The position numbers and the translations under genes are program-made. A DNA stretch of 64,000 nucleotides from positions 186,001 through 250,000 of the IMG/VR virus record IMGVR_UViG_3300047548_001236. One strand, written 5' to 3'. The notes below the pieces were generated by a model. It searched no databases, was not told the origin of the DNA, and saw only the letters and a list, made by a program, of their open reading frames with translations. Positions 49,717-59,740 of this stretch are shown here, piece after piece (position 1 is the first letter of the stretch; each line of letters starts with the position of its first letter).

Positions 49717-50817
49717 TCACAGTACAGGAACAAAATAGTCGATCATGAAAGCATGATCTTCGAAGAACCGATCGCGCTGCTTTCCAATCTCATTCAGTGG
49801 AACCCAAAACGCTTTTTCAGCATCATCAGATCCTTTCACTTTGGGAAGCTCGCCAACACCAAGATCGATGTAGAACGCTTGGGTGATGGTACGCCCACGA
49901 GCCGAACGATTCGGAGCATCAAAAGTCTTGGATGCCTTGATAGACCCCTTTAGAACAGCAACAGGAACCTTGATCTTGGTTTCTTCTTTCAACTCACGAA
50001 TGCAACCATCAACCATCGTCTCTTCTTGGTTGAGGAACCCTCCGGGTAATGCCCATAAATTTTTTCCCGGCATGTCACCGCGCTTGACAAGCAGGATGTG
50101 ACCCGACTGAACCACAACAGCATCGACAGTCATGAAGGTCGGCGGGAACGGTGCAGCCTTCCACGCCTCTTTGTACTTCTTGATCATCTGGTATTCAACA
50201 AGAAGTTTACCCCATGCTCCACCAGTATTACTGTTATTTGAGATAATCCGTTTCATTTCCCAATGAGATTGTGAAGGCATAACTTCCCTGATGGAATCGT
50301 ATTCCTCGTAATCAGTGGAATCAAAAAGCGACTTTCGAATGTCGGTGGCATTGATACCATCGACGTTAGGCACTTCAACATGGTTCTTCCACTTCGGGAA
50401 GATATTCAAGTAGTAGCTAGTGTGATCTTTCGAGTGACCAATCAGGCCAACATCGTTGAAATGCGGGCCGAGTGTTTCATCAACGACCTTCTGCACTGCA
50501 TTGACCCACTTGTTGTCGTCATAGGGGTAGTCAGAGACAGGGACAACGAGAACACGAGGGCTGGTTGCGAAGCCTTTGAGACTGCCAGCATCCCATGAGA
50601 CGACTTCGTCCTTATAGACAGCATCGATCATGGCCTTGCGTTCTTGGAATGTGAAGGGATTTCGAATGCTCCGAGCAGCGAAACTGGATCCGACTACAAC
50701 GACAACCTGTTTGGCTTGCTTGAGCGCGGCATCAATGACCGCCTTGTGTCCATTATGAAACGGCTGGAATCTCCCTACAAACACAAGAGCATCCCGCATT
50801 TTAGTGGTATTTGACAT
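49717..50817 (-). CDS. nadM: bifunctional NMN adenylyltransferase / Nudix (ADP-ribose) hydrolase (NadM-Nudix)
   Basis: GRFQPFHNGH, NPFT..ER, NATDIR; Nudix box GG......ET...C.RELKEET. Confidence 0.93.
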   Translation of the reverse strand: MSNTTKMRDALVFVGRFQPFHNGHKAVIDAALKQAKQVVVVVGSSFAARSIRNPFTFQERKAMIDAVYKDEVVSWDAGSLKGFATSPRVLVVPVSDYPYDDNKWVNAVQKVVDETLGPHFNDVGLIGHSKDHTSYYLNIFPKWKNHVEVPNVDGINATDIRKSLFDSTDYEEYDSIREVMPSQSHWEMKRIISNNSNTGGAWGKLLVEYQMIKKYKEAWKAAPFPPTFMTVDAVVVQSGHILLVKRGDMPGKNLWALPGGFLNQEETMVDGCIRELKEETKIKVPVAVLKGSIKASKTFDAPNRSARGRTITQAFYIDLGVGELPKVKGSDDAEKAFWVPLNEIGKQRDRFFEDHAFMIDYFVPVL

Positions 50818-50866
50818 ATTAGAACTCCTCTAATGTATAAATAGTTTCGCAATCTCTTTGCAAAAC
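50818..50866 (-). promoter_or_regulatory. AGAGA/GGAGU two-hairpin leader motif, copy B (nadM-Nudix)
   Basis: GUUUUGCAA-AGAGA-UUGCGAAAC, 9-nt linker, AUUAGA-GGAGU-UCUAAU-AUG. Confidence 0.75.
50836..50843 (+). promoter_or_regulatory. T4-type late promoter for the HNH gene
   Basis: TATAAATA upstream of ATG 50930. Confidence 0.75.
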
Positions 50867-50929
50867 GTTCTTCGCGGTAGTACCAATACCCAAGAACTCT
50901 ACGATAAACAGTTTAGGAGCATCGCAGCT

Positions 50930-51649
50930 ATGGATATTTATATTTCCAACAAGTACACTCGCACATATTTCACTATCATCAATAAGTCCCTTTCAGAAAA
51001 CAGGAAAAGGACGGATTCACGCATTTATGAGGAACATCACATTGTCCCTAAATCGTGTGGAGGCCCAAACGAAGATGCCAATCTCGTACTCCTTACCCCC
51101 AAAGAACACTACGTGTGTCATCGACTTCTCCCAAAGATGGTAACGTCTAAGACCCATTATGAGAAAATGATATACGCCTTGTGGTCACTTGTCAACGGTA
51201 ATGGCAGGTCTAAACGATACTCACCTAGCGGTAAGATATACCAGCAAATCAAAGAAGAACAAAGAACTGTACGATCTGAACGCATGAAAGGTGAGAGAAA
51301 TCACTTCTATGGTAAAACTCACTCTGACGAACTGAAAGCCAAGATGAGTATAGATAACCCCGCAAAAAGAGAAGACGTCAAGGTAAAACTTCGAGGCCCT
51401 AGACCAGGATTTATGCCTCATAATCACTACACTGGGTGGTCGGATGCTACCAAAGAGAAATTGAGGCAGGCTAACATAGGCAAGAAACTGTCAGATGAGA
51501 CCCGACAAAAGATGAGCAGAACAAGATCAAACAAAGTGTGGGTTAAAAAGGAAGGTGAAAAGTCTCGACATATACAGTCTGAATACTTACCCACCTTCCT
51601 GGCTGATGGTTGGTGTCTGGGCAGACACCTTACACGACGTAAGCCATAG
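50930..51649 (+). mobile_element. HNH homing endonuclease with NUMOD3-like DNA-binding repeats (T4 Mob-like)
   Basis: EEHHIVPKSCGG.N...NLVLLTPKEH..CHRLL; FYGKTHSDE.K.KMS and GKKLSDETRQKMS; AGGAG RBS. Confidence 0.88.
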
Positions 51650-51654
51650 TCAAA

Positions 51655-51894
51655 TCACTCGGAAGTCAAGTCTTCTGCGGGGATTTGGCTGAGAAGTTTG
51701 GTGGCGGCTTTCGTAGCGTCGTCGACCAGTGCTTGAGGAGAATACCCCAGCAGTTTAGCAACAATCAGTCCGGCGTAGACCGATGCGAGTAGATCATCCT
51801 CAGTGTTTTCACTGTTTTCCAGTCTGCCAAGCCAGTCTTCCATATGAACTGCAGCGCGGGCGCTGATCTTGGCGATTCGTTCTTGTTCATCCAT
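51655..51894 (-). CDS. hypothetical protein
   Basis: ORF directly after the NadR-like gene. Confidence 0.6.
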   Translation of the reverse strand: MDEQERIAKISARAAVHMEDWLGRLENSENTEDDLLASVYAGLIVAKLLGYSPQALVDDATKAATKLLSQIPAEDLTSE

Positions 51895-51896
51895 TA

Positions 51897-52937
51897 TCAG
51901 TTCCTTTCATATTCTCTGATAGGTGTGGTGTAGTAGTCAAACATCTTGATCACATCGTTAGCGACTTCACGACGCTGCTTGCGCAAGTCTGTGTTAGCTA
52001 CGACGGTGTATTCACAATCGAACTCTTCAAGTAGATCGATCCAGAATTGAGTTTGGCTTTCACGCTTATCGCCACCGTAACGAAGAGGATCCTGCTCAAA
52101 CGGAATCTGATCATTCATCACGATGTATAGATCGGACTTAGTTTTCTTAGCATAGTGGGTGACCAGGTCGATATCTTCATCCGTCCCACCACCCCAAAGA
52201 CGGTAGTAGCCCAGCGTGCTAAACAAGTCCGTGTCTTGGAAGATGAATGCCTTGTCATACAAGTCGTTCTGAGCTGCCTGTTGTACAGCATACTGCCCGT
52301 GAATGATTGCACGCATCTTTTCATCAGTGATTTCGGGACCAACCGTTTTGAGATATTCACGAGCCCATTCGGGAACGAAGTGCCCATAAAGCTCCTCTGC
52401 CAACCACTTGGTCATAGTAGTCTTACCGCAGCTTTCAGCTCCAAACACTGTTACCGTCTTGCGAATGTGCTTTTGGAACTCCGGAAGGATGAAGTCAAAG
52501 TTTCCGATAAGATCTTGACGTACTTCCGTTCCTCTGATCGGAACGGTCTCGCGGTAGCGATTGCACGGCATAAACTTGCACCCGAGCACGTTGGCCATAT
52601 CGATTCCGTACAGCTCGCTTGCGACAAAATAGTCGTCTGGTTTGACGTCTACAAACTCTTCCACGATATCACGCCACACTTTCCAGAAGTTTGGATGCTC
52701 GCTGGGTTGTTGAGGGACGTCACGATGAAGGTGGTGGATCTTCACACGAGAATCGGCATTATATGCCGCTCTGAAAGCGTCAACTCTATCTTTACCGTTG
52801 ACGGGCTCTCTTTCCATCGAGCCAACAATCACATGAACCGTACCACGCCACGTCACCAACGACCGTGCAAAATCGATTAGATACTTGTGCCCGAGAGTGG
52901 GCACAAGTGCTGTCATAAGAATGATTGCGTTAGGCAT
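51897..52937 (-). CDS. nadR: NadR-like NMN adenylyltransferase / ribosylnicotinamide kinase (no HTH)
   Basis: PTLGH nucleotidyltransferase motif; GAESCGKTT, PEWAREY, DTD, PFEQD..R kinase motifs; GGAGG RBS. Confidence 0.85.
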   Translation of the reverse strand: MPNAIILMTALVPTLGHKYLIDFARSLVTWRGTVHVIVGSMEREPVNGKDRVDAFRAAYNADSRVKIHHLHRDVPQQPSEHPNFWKVWRDIVEEFVDVKPDDYFVASELYGIDMANVLGCKFMPCNRYRETVPIRGTEVRQDLIGNFDFILPEFQKHIRKTVTVFGAESCGKTTMTKWLAEELYGHFVPEWAREYLKTVGPEITDEKMRAIIHGQYAVQQAAQNDLYDKAFIFQDTDLFSTLGYYRLWGGGTDEDIDLVTHYAKKTKSDLYIVMNDQIPFEQDPLRYGGDKRESQTQFWIDLLEEFDCEYTVVANTDLRKQRREVANDVIKMFDYYTTPIREYERN

Positions 52938-53222
52938 TTTTGCCTCCTCAGAGTTTCTGACGAACAAATCCAGTCGGTTGGGTCAGCATTTCGACAGCTT
53001 CGAGAACAAAGAATTGAATCCCTGGATTTGCCTTGGCAAGCCTTTCAGCTTCCCGAACTGCATCTTGACGATTAGCGTGCCGTACTTTTGGAGAATTACC
53101 GTCACCGGTAATCATCCAGAACTTTTTCGAGCTGTTTTCCATTTCATTTCCTTTCAAAACATCATCATATCCGATCCACCAGGATCTTGGTTTGCACGTA
53201 TACCAGTTTGAATCGTTTTCCA

Positions 53223-53933
53223 TCACAACCATCTCCGATTTGCATAATAATCATTTAGCCGTTCTTCCTCAGTGGAAGTGTCTTTTGTCATAGAACGCTT
53301 CCACTGAACATGACCGATAACGGTGTTTGCAAGGAAGAAGATATACTGGAAGGCAACCAGAGTCAACCCACTATAGATGAAGAATGGAATTGAAACAATG
53401 TCAATACCTGCCCAAAGAGTCCAGTTTTCAAGCTTCTTGTTATCCAGCATCAACTGAGCAACGCCGCTAGCGACAGCAAGACCTACGTCGATTGGGTTCA
53501 GACCGGCAAGGCCAGCAGGGTTGAACAACATATTTGCAACAAGGAATAGACCGAGAATTGCAAGACCGACAGCACCGTATCCTGCATACCATTTCAGAGG
53601 AATGCGAGTGACGGGCCGAGTGTTGTCGTCGCTCCCCCAACGGAACCAACCGTAGATCAGCGAGAACACTAGGTAGAGGTTGAACACCGCAAGTGCCAAC
53701 ATACCCCATTGGTAAAAGAGAACGGAATAAGCAGCGGTTGTTACAATACCGATTGGATAGTTCCATCGGGACTGGCGAGTGCACAACCAGGTGCAACTAT
53801 ATGAAGTGAAAACCGCAAACACTTCCAGCCAGTTGAGAGCCACGATCCATCCCATCCAGAGACCGACACCGTAGCTGAGAGCAGTAAGCACCACTGCAAG
53901 GGCGATAGATTCAAGAATATACTTGGTAGTCAT
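53223..53933 (-). CDS. pnuC: nicotinamide riboside transporter PnuC
   Basis: multi-TM; WNYPIG, YGWFRW, AQLML..KKLENW.LW...D motifs. Confidence 0.88.
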   Translation of the reverse strand: MTTKYILESIALAVVLTALSYGVGLWMGWIVALNWLEVFAVFTSYSCTWLCTRQSRWNYPIGIVTTAAYSVLFYQWGMLALAVFNLYLVFSLIYGWFRWGSDDNTRPVTRIPLKWYAGYGAVGLAILGLFLVANMLFNPAGLAGLNPIDVGLAVASGVAQLMLDNKKLENWTLWAGIDIVSIPFFIYSGLTLVAFQYIFFLANTVIGHVQWKRSMTKDTSTEEERLNDYYANRRWL

Positions 53934-53935
53934 CT

Positions 53936-53981
53936 GCAAAAACTCCTTTTGCTATGAAACGTAGACCTCTCTGGTCCACGT
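53936..53981 (-). promoter_or_regulatory. AGAGA/GGAGU two-hairpin leader motif, copy C (pnuC)
   Basis: ACGUGGACC-AGAGA-GGUCUACGU, 6-nt linker, GCAAAA-GGAGU-UUUUGC-AG-AUG. Confidence 0.75.
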
Positions 53982-54739
53982 GCTTGTTTTGTATCACCAG
54001 ATAGGATCTGGTGCACCATCAATTATCACTTCTGTGATGAAGTATGCTCGGAACAGCCGCAGTTTCGTTTGTTCGAACATAGCCTCTGCTTCAACGGCTT
54101 TGTCGTGAGACGAGTATACACCCAACACGTAGGAACCATCATATCCCATGTCTCCACGAAGGACAAATACTTTATCACCGCTCATTGCACATATTCCCAT
54201 TTCTCTTCTTCGATATACATACCCTTCATCTCAGGATACATATTCTCGTAAAAGTCTTTCCATTGTTCCGCGTCACCCAGCAAAGCAAATGCGGCTACCG
54301 GACCTAGCGTGGGACATTTGACAGTGTAACGCATCAGAAAAACTTCTCCTCAAGAGTCGTCATCCAATATTCGAAGTCACCCCAGCCCATCTGTTTGGGG
54401 GTAACCAGACCCAATCGATCAGTAACCTTGTATTTGATCTTCTTGTACTCCAGCATAGATGCCATGCAGAATACTGTATGAGTCTCGTCGGCAACGACAG
54501 TACAAGTCTTACCCCATTCGGGTTCATACCAAGTGATCATTCGCATTTGTTCACCTATTTGTTGAATACAAATAATGGATAACCCTTTTGACGGCACTCG
54601 TCAACGGCTTCTTCATATGTGATAGCATTTAATTTGGTTTTTTCGTTCAAACGAACAGTACACCATCCCGTTGTGTGTGGATTGACGTGACTCTTACAGT
54701 ACACCCACACTCCTGAACCAAAGAAGCGTTCATCGTCTG

Positions 54740-55120
54740 TCATTGCTTGATAAATCCCCAAGCAATGCAGCCACCTCGAACATCTTTATCGCACGCTGCT
54801 AAAGTATCGTGATTGTCCATGATCGATGTAACGGTTTCACTACCGTCCATAAACCCGACCAACCAAAGTGGGATCAGAATTAGATTGCCGTCCCAATTTC
54901 CAAAACCAAACTCGTATAGGGTTTCACGATCCAGTTGTTTCAGCTCATTCTGTGTAATCGTTGGGATCTCTTCATATCCAAAATCCTTGGCGCGGGAGAG
55001 ACCTCGAGCGAGTTCTTGGAACGCAAACTCCACACTCCATGAGTTGTGATATTCATTGACCGACGATGCAGCATTCAGCACACGACGACGAGCTCTTTTC
55101 AGTTTTTCAATCGTATTCAT
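54740..55120 (-). CDS. hypothetical protein
   Basis: AGGAG RBS; D.R.GC.AWG phage motif. Confidence 0.6.
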   Translation of the reverse strand: MNTIEKLKRARRRVLNAASSVNEYHNSWSVEFAFQELARGLSRAKDFGYEEIPTITQNELKQLDRETLYEFGFGNWDGNLILIPLWLVGFMDGSETVTSIMDNHDTLAACDKDVRGGCIAWGFIKQ

Positions 55121-55772
55121 TTAGCTTTCTCCTGTCATCCAAAAGGTTGGTTATCACCACGAGTGATGGCAAGAATCTGTCGATACTTCTCTGCTTGGTC
55201 TTTTTCAATTTGAGTTGGAGAAGCGTGCACTTCATGTTCATACGATTCACTATCAGCAATCCTACCGATCGCGAAAGCATAGTTTTTAGCAGCCATCTCT
55301 TTCATGATAGCGAGTCTCTCCGCCAGACTGGGGTTATTCTCATATCGAATAAGAATACTTTGAAGGTCGAGCAGAATTTGGACATCTCTTTTCGTCAGCA
55401 TCACGCGTTCTCCCGCATCCGAAGGTATTCGTTGATGTCGTCCTGGATTTCATTCAGAGTCACGAGCCCCGCCTGCCAATCGGCATAGATCCGTTGATAC
55501 ACTTTGTTCTGATCAACGGGGATCTTCCCATATTGTGCATTGACGTGTTGAACATGGAGAAACACCAATTGGCGAATCTTCCGCTGAACGAGTTGTGTGG
55601 GTTCGGTCATCACATGGTTTCCTTCAAGCGCTTGTTGATGATTTGATTGATCCTATCGGTGATCAATTTTTTTGCCCACTCGGGTGCGGGATCGGAGGGG
55701 ACAAGAGTCAGAGCCTTCCGCAACTGAGCATTTGTCAGGGCATTCAGACGAGCCAGTTCTTTTTCCATTTGA

Positions 55773-56105
55773 TCACTCCTCGTCTTCATCATCTTCATCC
55801 TTCCAGCGATTCTTCCACAGCCATTCGTGGCTGCCTGGCTTACGTCCCATGGCGCGACCATCCACCCACTCTCCCACGGTACGAGCCGTAAACGAAAGGG
55901 TACCCGTGTTGGCATACACCTCAACACTATCCTCCATGGTGATCTTGCCCTCGCTCAGGAGCTTGGTCAGCAGAGCCAGGATGGGCGAACGGTACGACAC
56001 AGCCGTCACTCCCAGAGCCGTAGCTGCCGGCTTCATGGTGTACTCACTCTTACCCCGAGTCTTCTTGACCGAGCCGGTATCGATGCGGATCACGTTGTTG
56101 GTCAT
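55773..56105 (-). CDS. early hypothetical protein
   Basis: AAGGAG RBS after an early promoter. Confidence 0.65.
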   Translation of the reverse strand: MTNNVIRIDTGSVKKTRGKSEYTMKPAATALGVTAVSYRSPILALLTKLLSEGKITMEDSVEVYANTGTLSFTARTVGEWVDGRAMGRKPGSHEWLWKNRWKDEDDEDEE

Positions 56106-56130
56106 CTTTTATCTCCTTGCTTATGAATAC

Positions 56131-56159
56131 AATATAGGCCAAACCTCGATCCGGGGCAA
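56131..56159 (-). promoter_or_regulatory. sigma70-type early promoter
   Basis: TTGCCC-N17-TATATT. Confidence 0.6.
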
Positions 56160-56174
56160 GAGCTGTTTTCAAAA

Positions 56175-56951
56175 TTATAGAATGAAATTGACTCTTTGCT
56201 CGATGGGCAGATCACCAAAGAATCCCACATCGACAGTCATAATTTGACGTCGAGTAACAAGCAGATCAGTGGGCCATTTGTTTTCGGGAATGTTCTGCAG
56301 TTCTTCACTAGTCAAATAGGATTCCACCTTGACTGGCTTGACATAGGCCCCATACTTCCATTGATTGGGGATCTTGTCCCACCATACGTCATATTCATTC
56401 TCAAGAATGGTGGTCATACTTTCTCCATTCAGGCCATGCATTAGCTTGGCTCCTGCTGTCCAACGAAACAAAGAAGAAATGCTGTTTTTACGTGCGTCCT
56501 GGGCTCGCCATAGCAACACATTTGAGGCTTCGATGTCAGAAGGAATTTCCCAGGTTCTACAATCAAAATAGGCCAGTCTATCGACAGGAATGTGGCCCAT
56601 AGTCTGGATCAGCACGTTGAAGTGTGCAGTTGCCATGGAAGCAAACACTGAGTTGATCTTGGATACTTTACCATTAAAGATCCGCTCGCCTTCAACGGGA
56701 GGGTATAGTAGGGTGATTTCGTCCGACTGTGTATAACCTACAGAGGCATGAGTCTCTTCAACCAGACGCTTGGTTGTGGTCACCATAGCGTTGGTAATTC
56801 CGTGATCGAAGGGTTTCTTGAAGCCCTTCGTGAATTTGCTAAAGCCCTTGCCATCAATTCGCACAGCCATCCACTTGTTGGGATCGATCTTGGCAGACGT
56901 GTAGGCCTGCTCATACTTCTTCATTCGATCACCAAATTCATCATTTTTCAT
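56175..56951 (-). CDS. tRNA-His guanylyltransferase (Thg1)-like 3'-5' nucleotidyltransferase
   Basis: GDRMK.YE, RIDGKGFSKFT, YTQSDEI, FDCR, WR.QD..KNSI. Confidence 0.92.
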   Translation of the reverse strand: MKNDEFGDRMKKYEQAYTSAKIDPNKWMAVRIDGKGFSKFTKGFKKPFDHGITNAMVTTTKRLVEETHASVGYTQSDEITLLYPPVEGERIFNGKVSKINSVFASMATAHFNVLIQTMGHIPVDRLAYFDCRTWEIPSDIEASNVLLWRAQDARKNSISSLFRWTAGAKLMHGLNGESMTTILENEYDVWWDKIPNQWKYGAYVKPVKVESYLTSEELQNIPENKWPTDLLVTRRQIMTVDVGFFGDLPIEQRVNFIL

Positions 56952-57425
56952 CTTGAAATTTCCTGTTTGATCGATTCCATCGAATCAGGTTGTGTTAGAG
57001 CTTCTTCTAAAAATTCGGACACAAACGAGACGATCGCTGGACTACCTCGTTTGTGGAAGGATAGTGTATCTGAGGCGAGATTGAACCTGGAAATATCCGC
57101 AACAGCAAATCCAAGTTCTGTGTATTTGTCTTTCAGTTGTTTGAGATTTTCCTCTATTGTTATCATTGAGCCTGGTCCTGTTGCTTGAGGTTTTCAATGT
57201 AAATCACCCGATCTGTGATTGTGCCTGCGCAGAACTCGCGAGTGACGTAGTGGACCATTTCATCACGATTGAATGCATATTCAGCACCACAAGATTGAAT
57301 CATGGCCATATTCTCATCGTGAGTCTGAGATCCCGAAAGGTAGAACAACGTGGCAATCCCCAAGATTACCACGACAATGGCAATAGCAACGCCGATCCCA
57401 AATACAGCTTCCCAACCCTTCTCAC

Positions 57426-58046
57426 TCATTGGCCTTCTCCCTTCACTAGATTTGCGAGCGCGATTGATAAGTCGATCCCATTCAGCACGCTCTCGTAGAA
57501 CTCTTTGTGCTTCGGATCTCGACTGACGTTCGTAAGCACGCGCTCTCGCAACCCTTGCATAAACACTGCACTTTGGCTTGCGAATGCTTTTGGATCGATA
57601 GAGTAAAGATTGCATGATTCTTCCATGATGTTGGCAAAATTACGAATGGTTGATGAAGTATCTGTCAGACCATGTAGATCTGCCCTGATGATGGCAGAAA
57701 GATCAGGCGACGTAACAAGATGATCAACAGTACCATAGATCATCTCGGACCCACGTGCAAGAACATAATCATTGATCTTGTATTTGGGGATGTTCCCATT
57801 GAACGTCAGCATGATGGCAGAACGCTTTTCCTTCTCTGGGAGTTTGTCATACACAATATCATGAAATAACACAGCCCAGTCAAGAGCCTCATCATAGGGC
57901 TCATTGGTTTTCTCCAGATAGGCATACATTGATTGAACATGATCGTAGTTGTGATACGTCAACCCCAAATCCTTGGTGTAGTGTTGGATAGCTCCAACAG
58001 CATCTTTTGCAAGATCGAGGTCTGTGATACGAGACCAATTATTCAT
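57426..58046 (-). CDS. HD-domain phosphohydrolase
   Basis: YHN..HV, FHDIVYD, E..SA, T..H, ADL motifs. Confidence 0.8.
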   Translation of the reverse strand: MNNWSRITDLDLAKDAVGAIQHYTKDLGLTYHNYDHVQSMYAYLEKTNEPYDEALDWAVLFHDIVYDKLPEKEKRSAIMLTFNGNIPKYKINDYVLARGSEMIYGTVDHLVTSPDLSAIIRADLHGLTDTSSTIRNFANIMEESCNLYSIDPKAFASQSAVFMQGLRERVLTNVSRDPKHKEFYESVLNGIDLSIALANLVKGEGQ

Positions 58047-58698
58047 CATCTTCATCCTCTTCGTCGCCGATGAACACAATACGAGCAGCGACGATCTCTC
58101 CTTTGTCATTGCGACCCACGTAGCAATTGTACCCACCATCACCATAGCCCGAATGAGTAGCAACGCCAAACCCTACGTTGGCGATACCAAGATAGTTTGG
58201 CTCAGAGCGAACACGTGTAGCAGTCCTCATGGAGTCGATGATATCACGGACTCGCTCGTTGGAAAGTTCTTTTGATTCTGTGTAAATCTTTTCCAATCTC
58301 TCAATCATATCTTCGGTATAAAGGGGTTCTTCCCAAATCCTTTCATCACCGGCGGTCCCGGAGCAGACCTTTCCGTAGAACGTATCCAAATTCATGTATT
58401 CGCCAGTCTCGCCTTCGGGATACTGGGTTTCATCAAAGAATCCGGCCTGGCCACTATCAACACCAACATGAATTTCTGTCAGTTCGTGCGCATCGACATT
58501 ACCGATAAAGTCACCATGCCAAATGCACAGTTCAGCAATCCGATCACCCCAACCAGTTTGTTCATGAGACGCGACAACCTTCTCAGCAATCCATGCACCA
58601 GGAAGAACATTTTCAAGAACACCGGCACACCACGTTCCCTTGGTGTAACAGGGATCGGTGACACGGAGTTGGTTAGAAGTCAAGTGAAAAACGGTCAT
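58039..58698 (-). CDS. DUF4241-like protein
   Basis: VTDPCY, VGVDSGQAGFFD, SGYGDGGY motifs. Confidence 0.6.
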   Translation of the reverse strand: MTVFHLTSNQLRVTDPCYTKGTWCAGVLENVLPGAWIAEKVVASHEQTGWGDRIAELCIWHGDFIGNVDAHELTEIHVGVDSGQAGFFDETQYPEGETGEYMNLDTFYGKVCSGTAGDERIWEEPLYTEDMIERLEKIYTESKELSNERVRDIIDSMRTATRVRSEPNYLGIANVGFGVATHSGYGDGGYNCYVGRNDKGEIVAARIVFIGDEEDEDDE

Positions 58699-58712
58699 AA
58701 TATATCCTTATG

Positions 58713-59220
58713 TTAGATTGGCTGTCCGTAGATATCATAGAGGGTAACCGAGTGGAACCCCTCATCAACAGAAGGTTCAACATAGCTGCGAACCATACTC
58801 TCGATCACGTTATCGGGAATGGTTTTCCCGGGACGATTGGCGAGACGACGGCGCAGCTCATCCCACTCCGATTGATCTCGGGGCGGCACCATGCAAATGC
58901 AATGCCTGGTGTAGATTTTGGGAGTCTTGGCCAAGATGCTGGCTCGCTTCTTGGGGGACATATTGGTCTGATCCCAGTATACGTCAATTTTACATTCAAA
59001 CGCCATAGTCAGCAACTCATTCATGCGTTTGGTTGCAGGATCAATATACTTGGAGAATCCGAAGTCATAGCTCCATCCATTAACATTGGACCACTGTTCA
59101 ATCAGGGCATCGGTGCTGTATACGAATACGTCTCCTCCGAACTCAGGATCATCAACGAACTTCAGAAAAGACGACTTGCCAGAACCAGGCAACCCCCACG
59201 AGAACAGTCATGTTACGCAT
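58713..59220 (-). CDS. P-loop kinase (polynucleotide-kinase/AAA_33-like), apparent +1 frameshift at the G5 run 59193-59197
   Basis: MRNMTVLVG|LPGSGKS, YSTD, DQTN...R, RR..R, IP..VI..M motifs. Confidence 0.75.
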
Positions 59221-59426
59221 TCAGCGAATCCCTCCAATATTTTGCTCACACCACACACTGTGGAGCTGCTCCATAACAGCCTTGATATCTCGGTTCTCAC
59301 GATCAGACAAGCGGATTTCATTGCCGTTGACCATATTGACAACTCCTCGGTCAATATTAACCGAGGAGACGTTATCCAAATTGATGATGTGGGTTTGGGT
59401 AAAGAACAGTCTCATTAGGTTTCCTC

Positions 59427-59714
59427 TCAGAACATAACAGAACGAACGATTTCGACGGGAGCGCCAAGATCGCGAACACGAAACTTTTTGCGAATCGAAC
59501 AGCCGTGCTTGTTGCAGAAGTCGGCGTACCACTGCTCATCACTACGGCACTGGTTGTTTGCAGCTTCTTCGGTGGTGAACGACCACTTCAACTGCCAGTA
59601 GTTGTCAGGATCAATTCCGTTCAGACGCATTTGAGCTTTGTGCTCGGCCGGAAGATCTTCAAGATACTCGACCACGAACTGGTTGATACGCTCGATGTAG
59701 GTTTCGTTTTCCAT
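59427..59714 (-). CDS. early hypothetical protein
   Basis: AAGGAG RBS after an early promoter. Confidence 0.65.
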   Translation of the reverse strand: MENETYIERINQFVVEYLEDLPAEHKAQMRLNGIDPDNYWQLKWSFTTEEAANNQCRSDEQWYADFCNKHGCSIRKKFRVRDLGAPVEIVRSVMF

Positions 59715-59740
59715 GGCTGATCTCCTTTGCCTATGCAATG

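Noticed and set aside
50858-50929. TTG start for the HNH gene given by the ORF track
   Set aside because: ATG 50930 has an AGGAG RBS; the upstream extension overlaps the RNA motif
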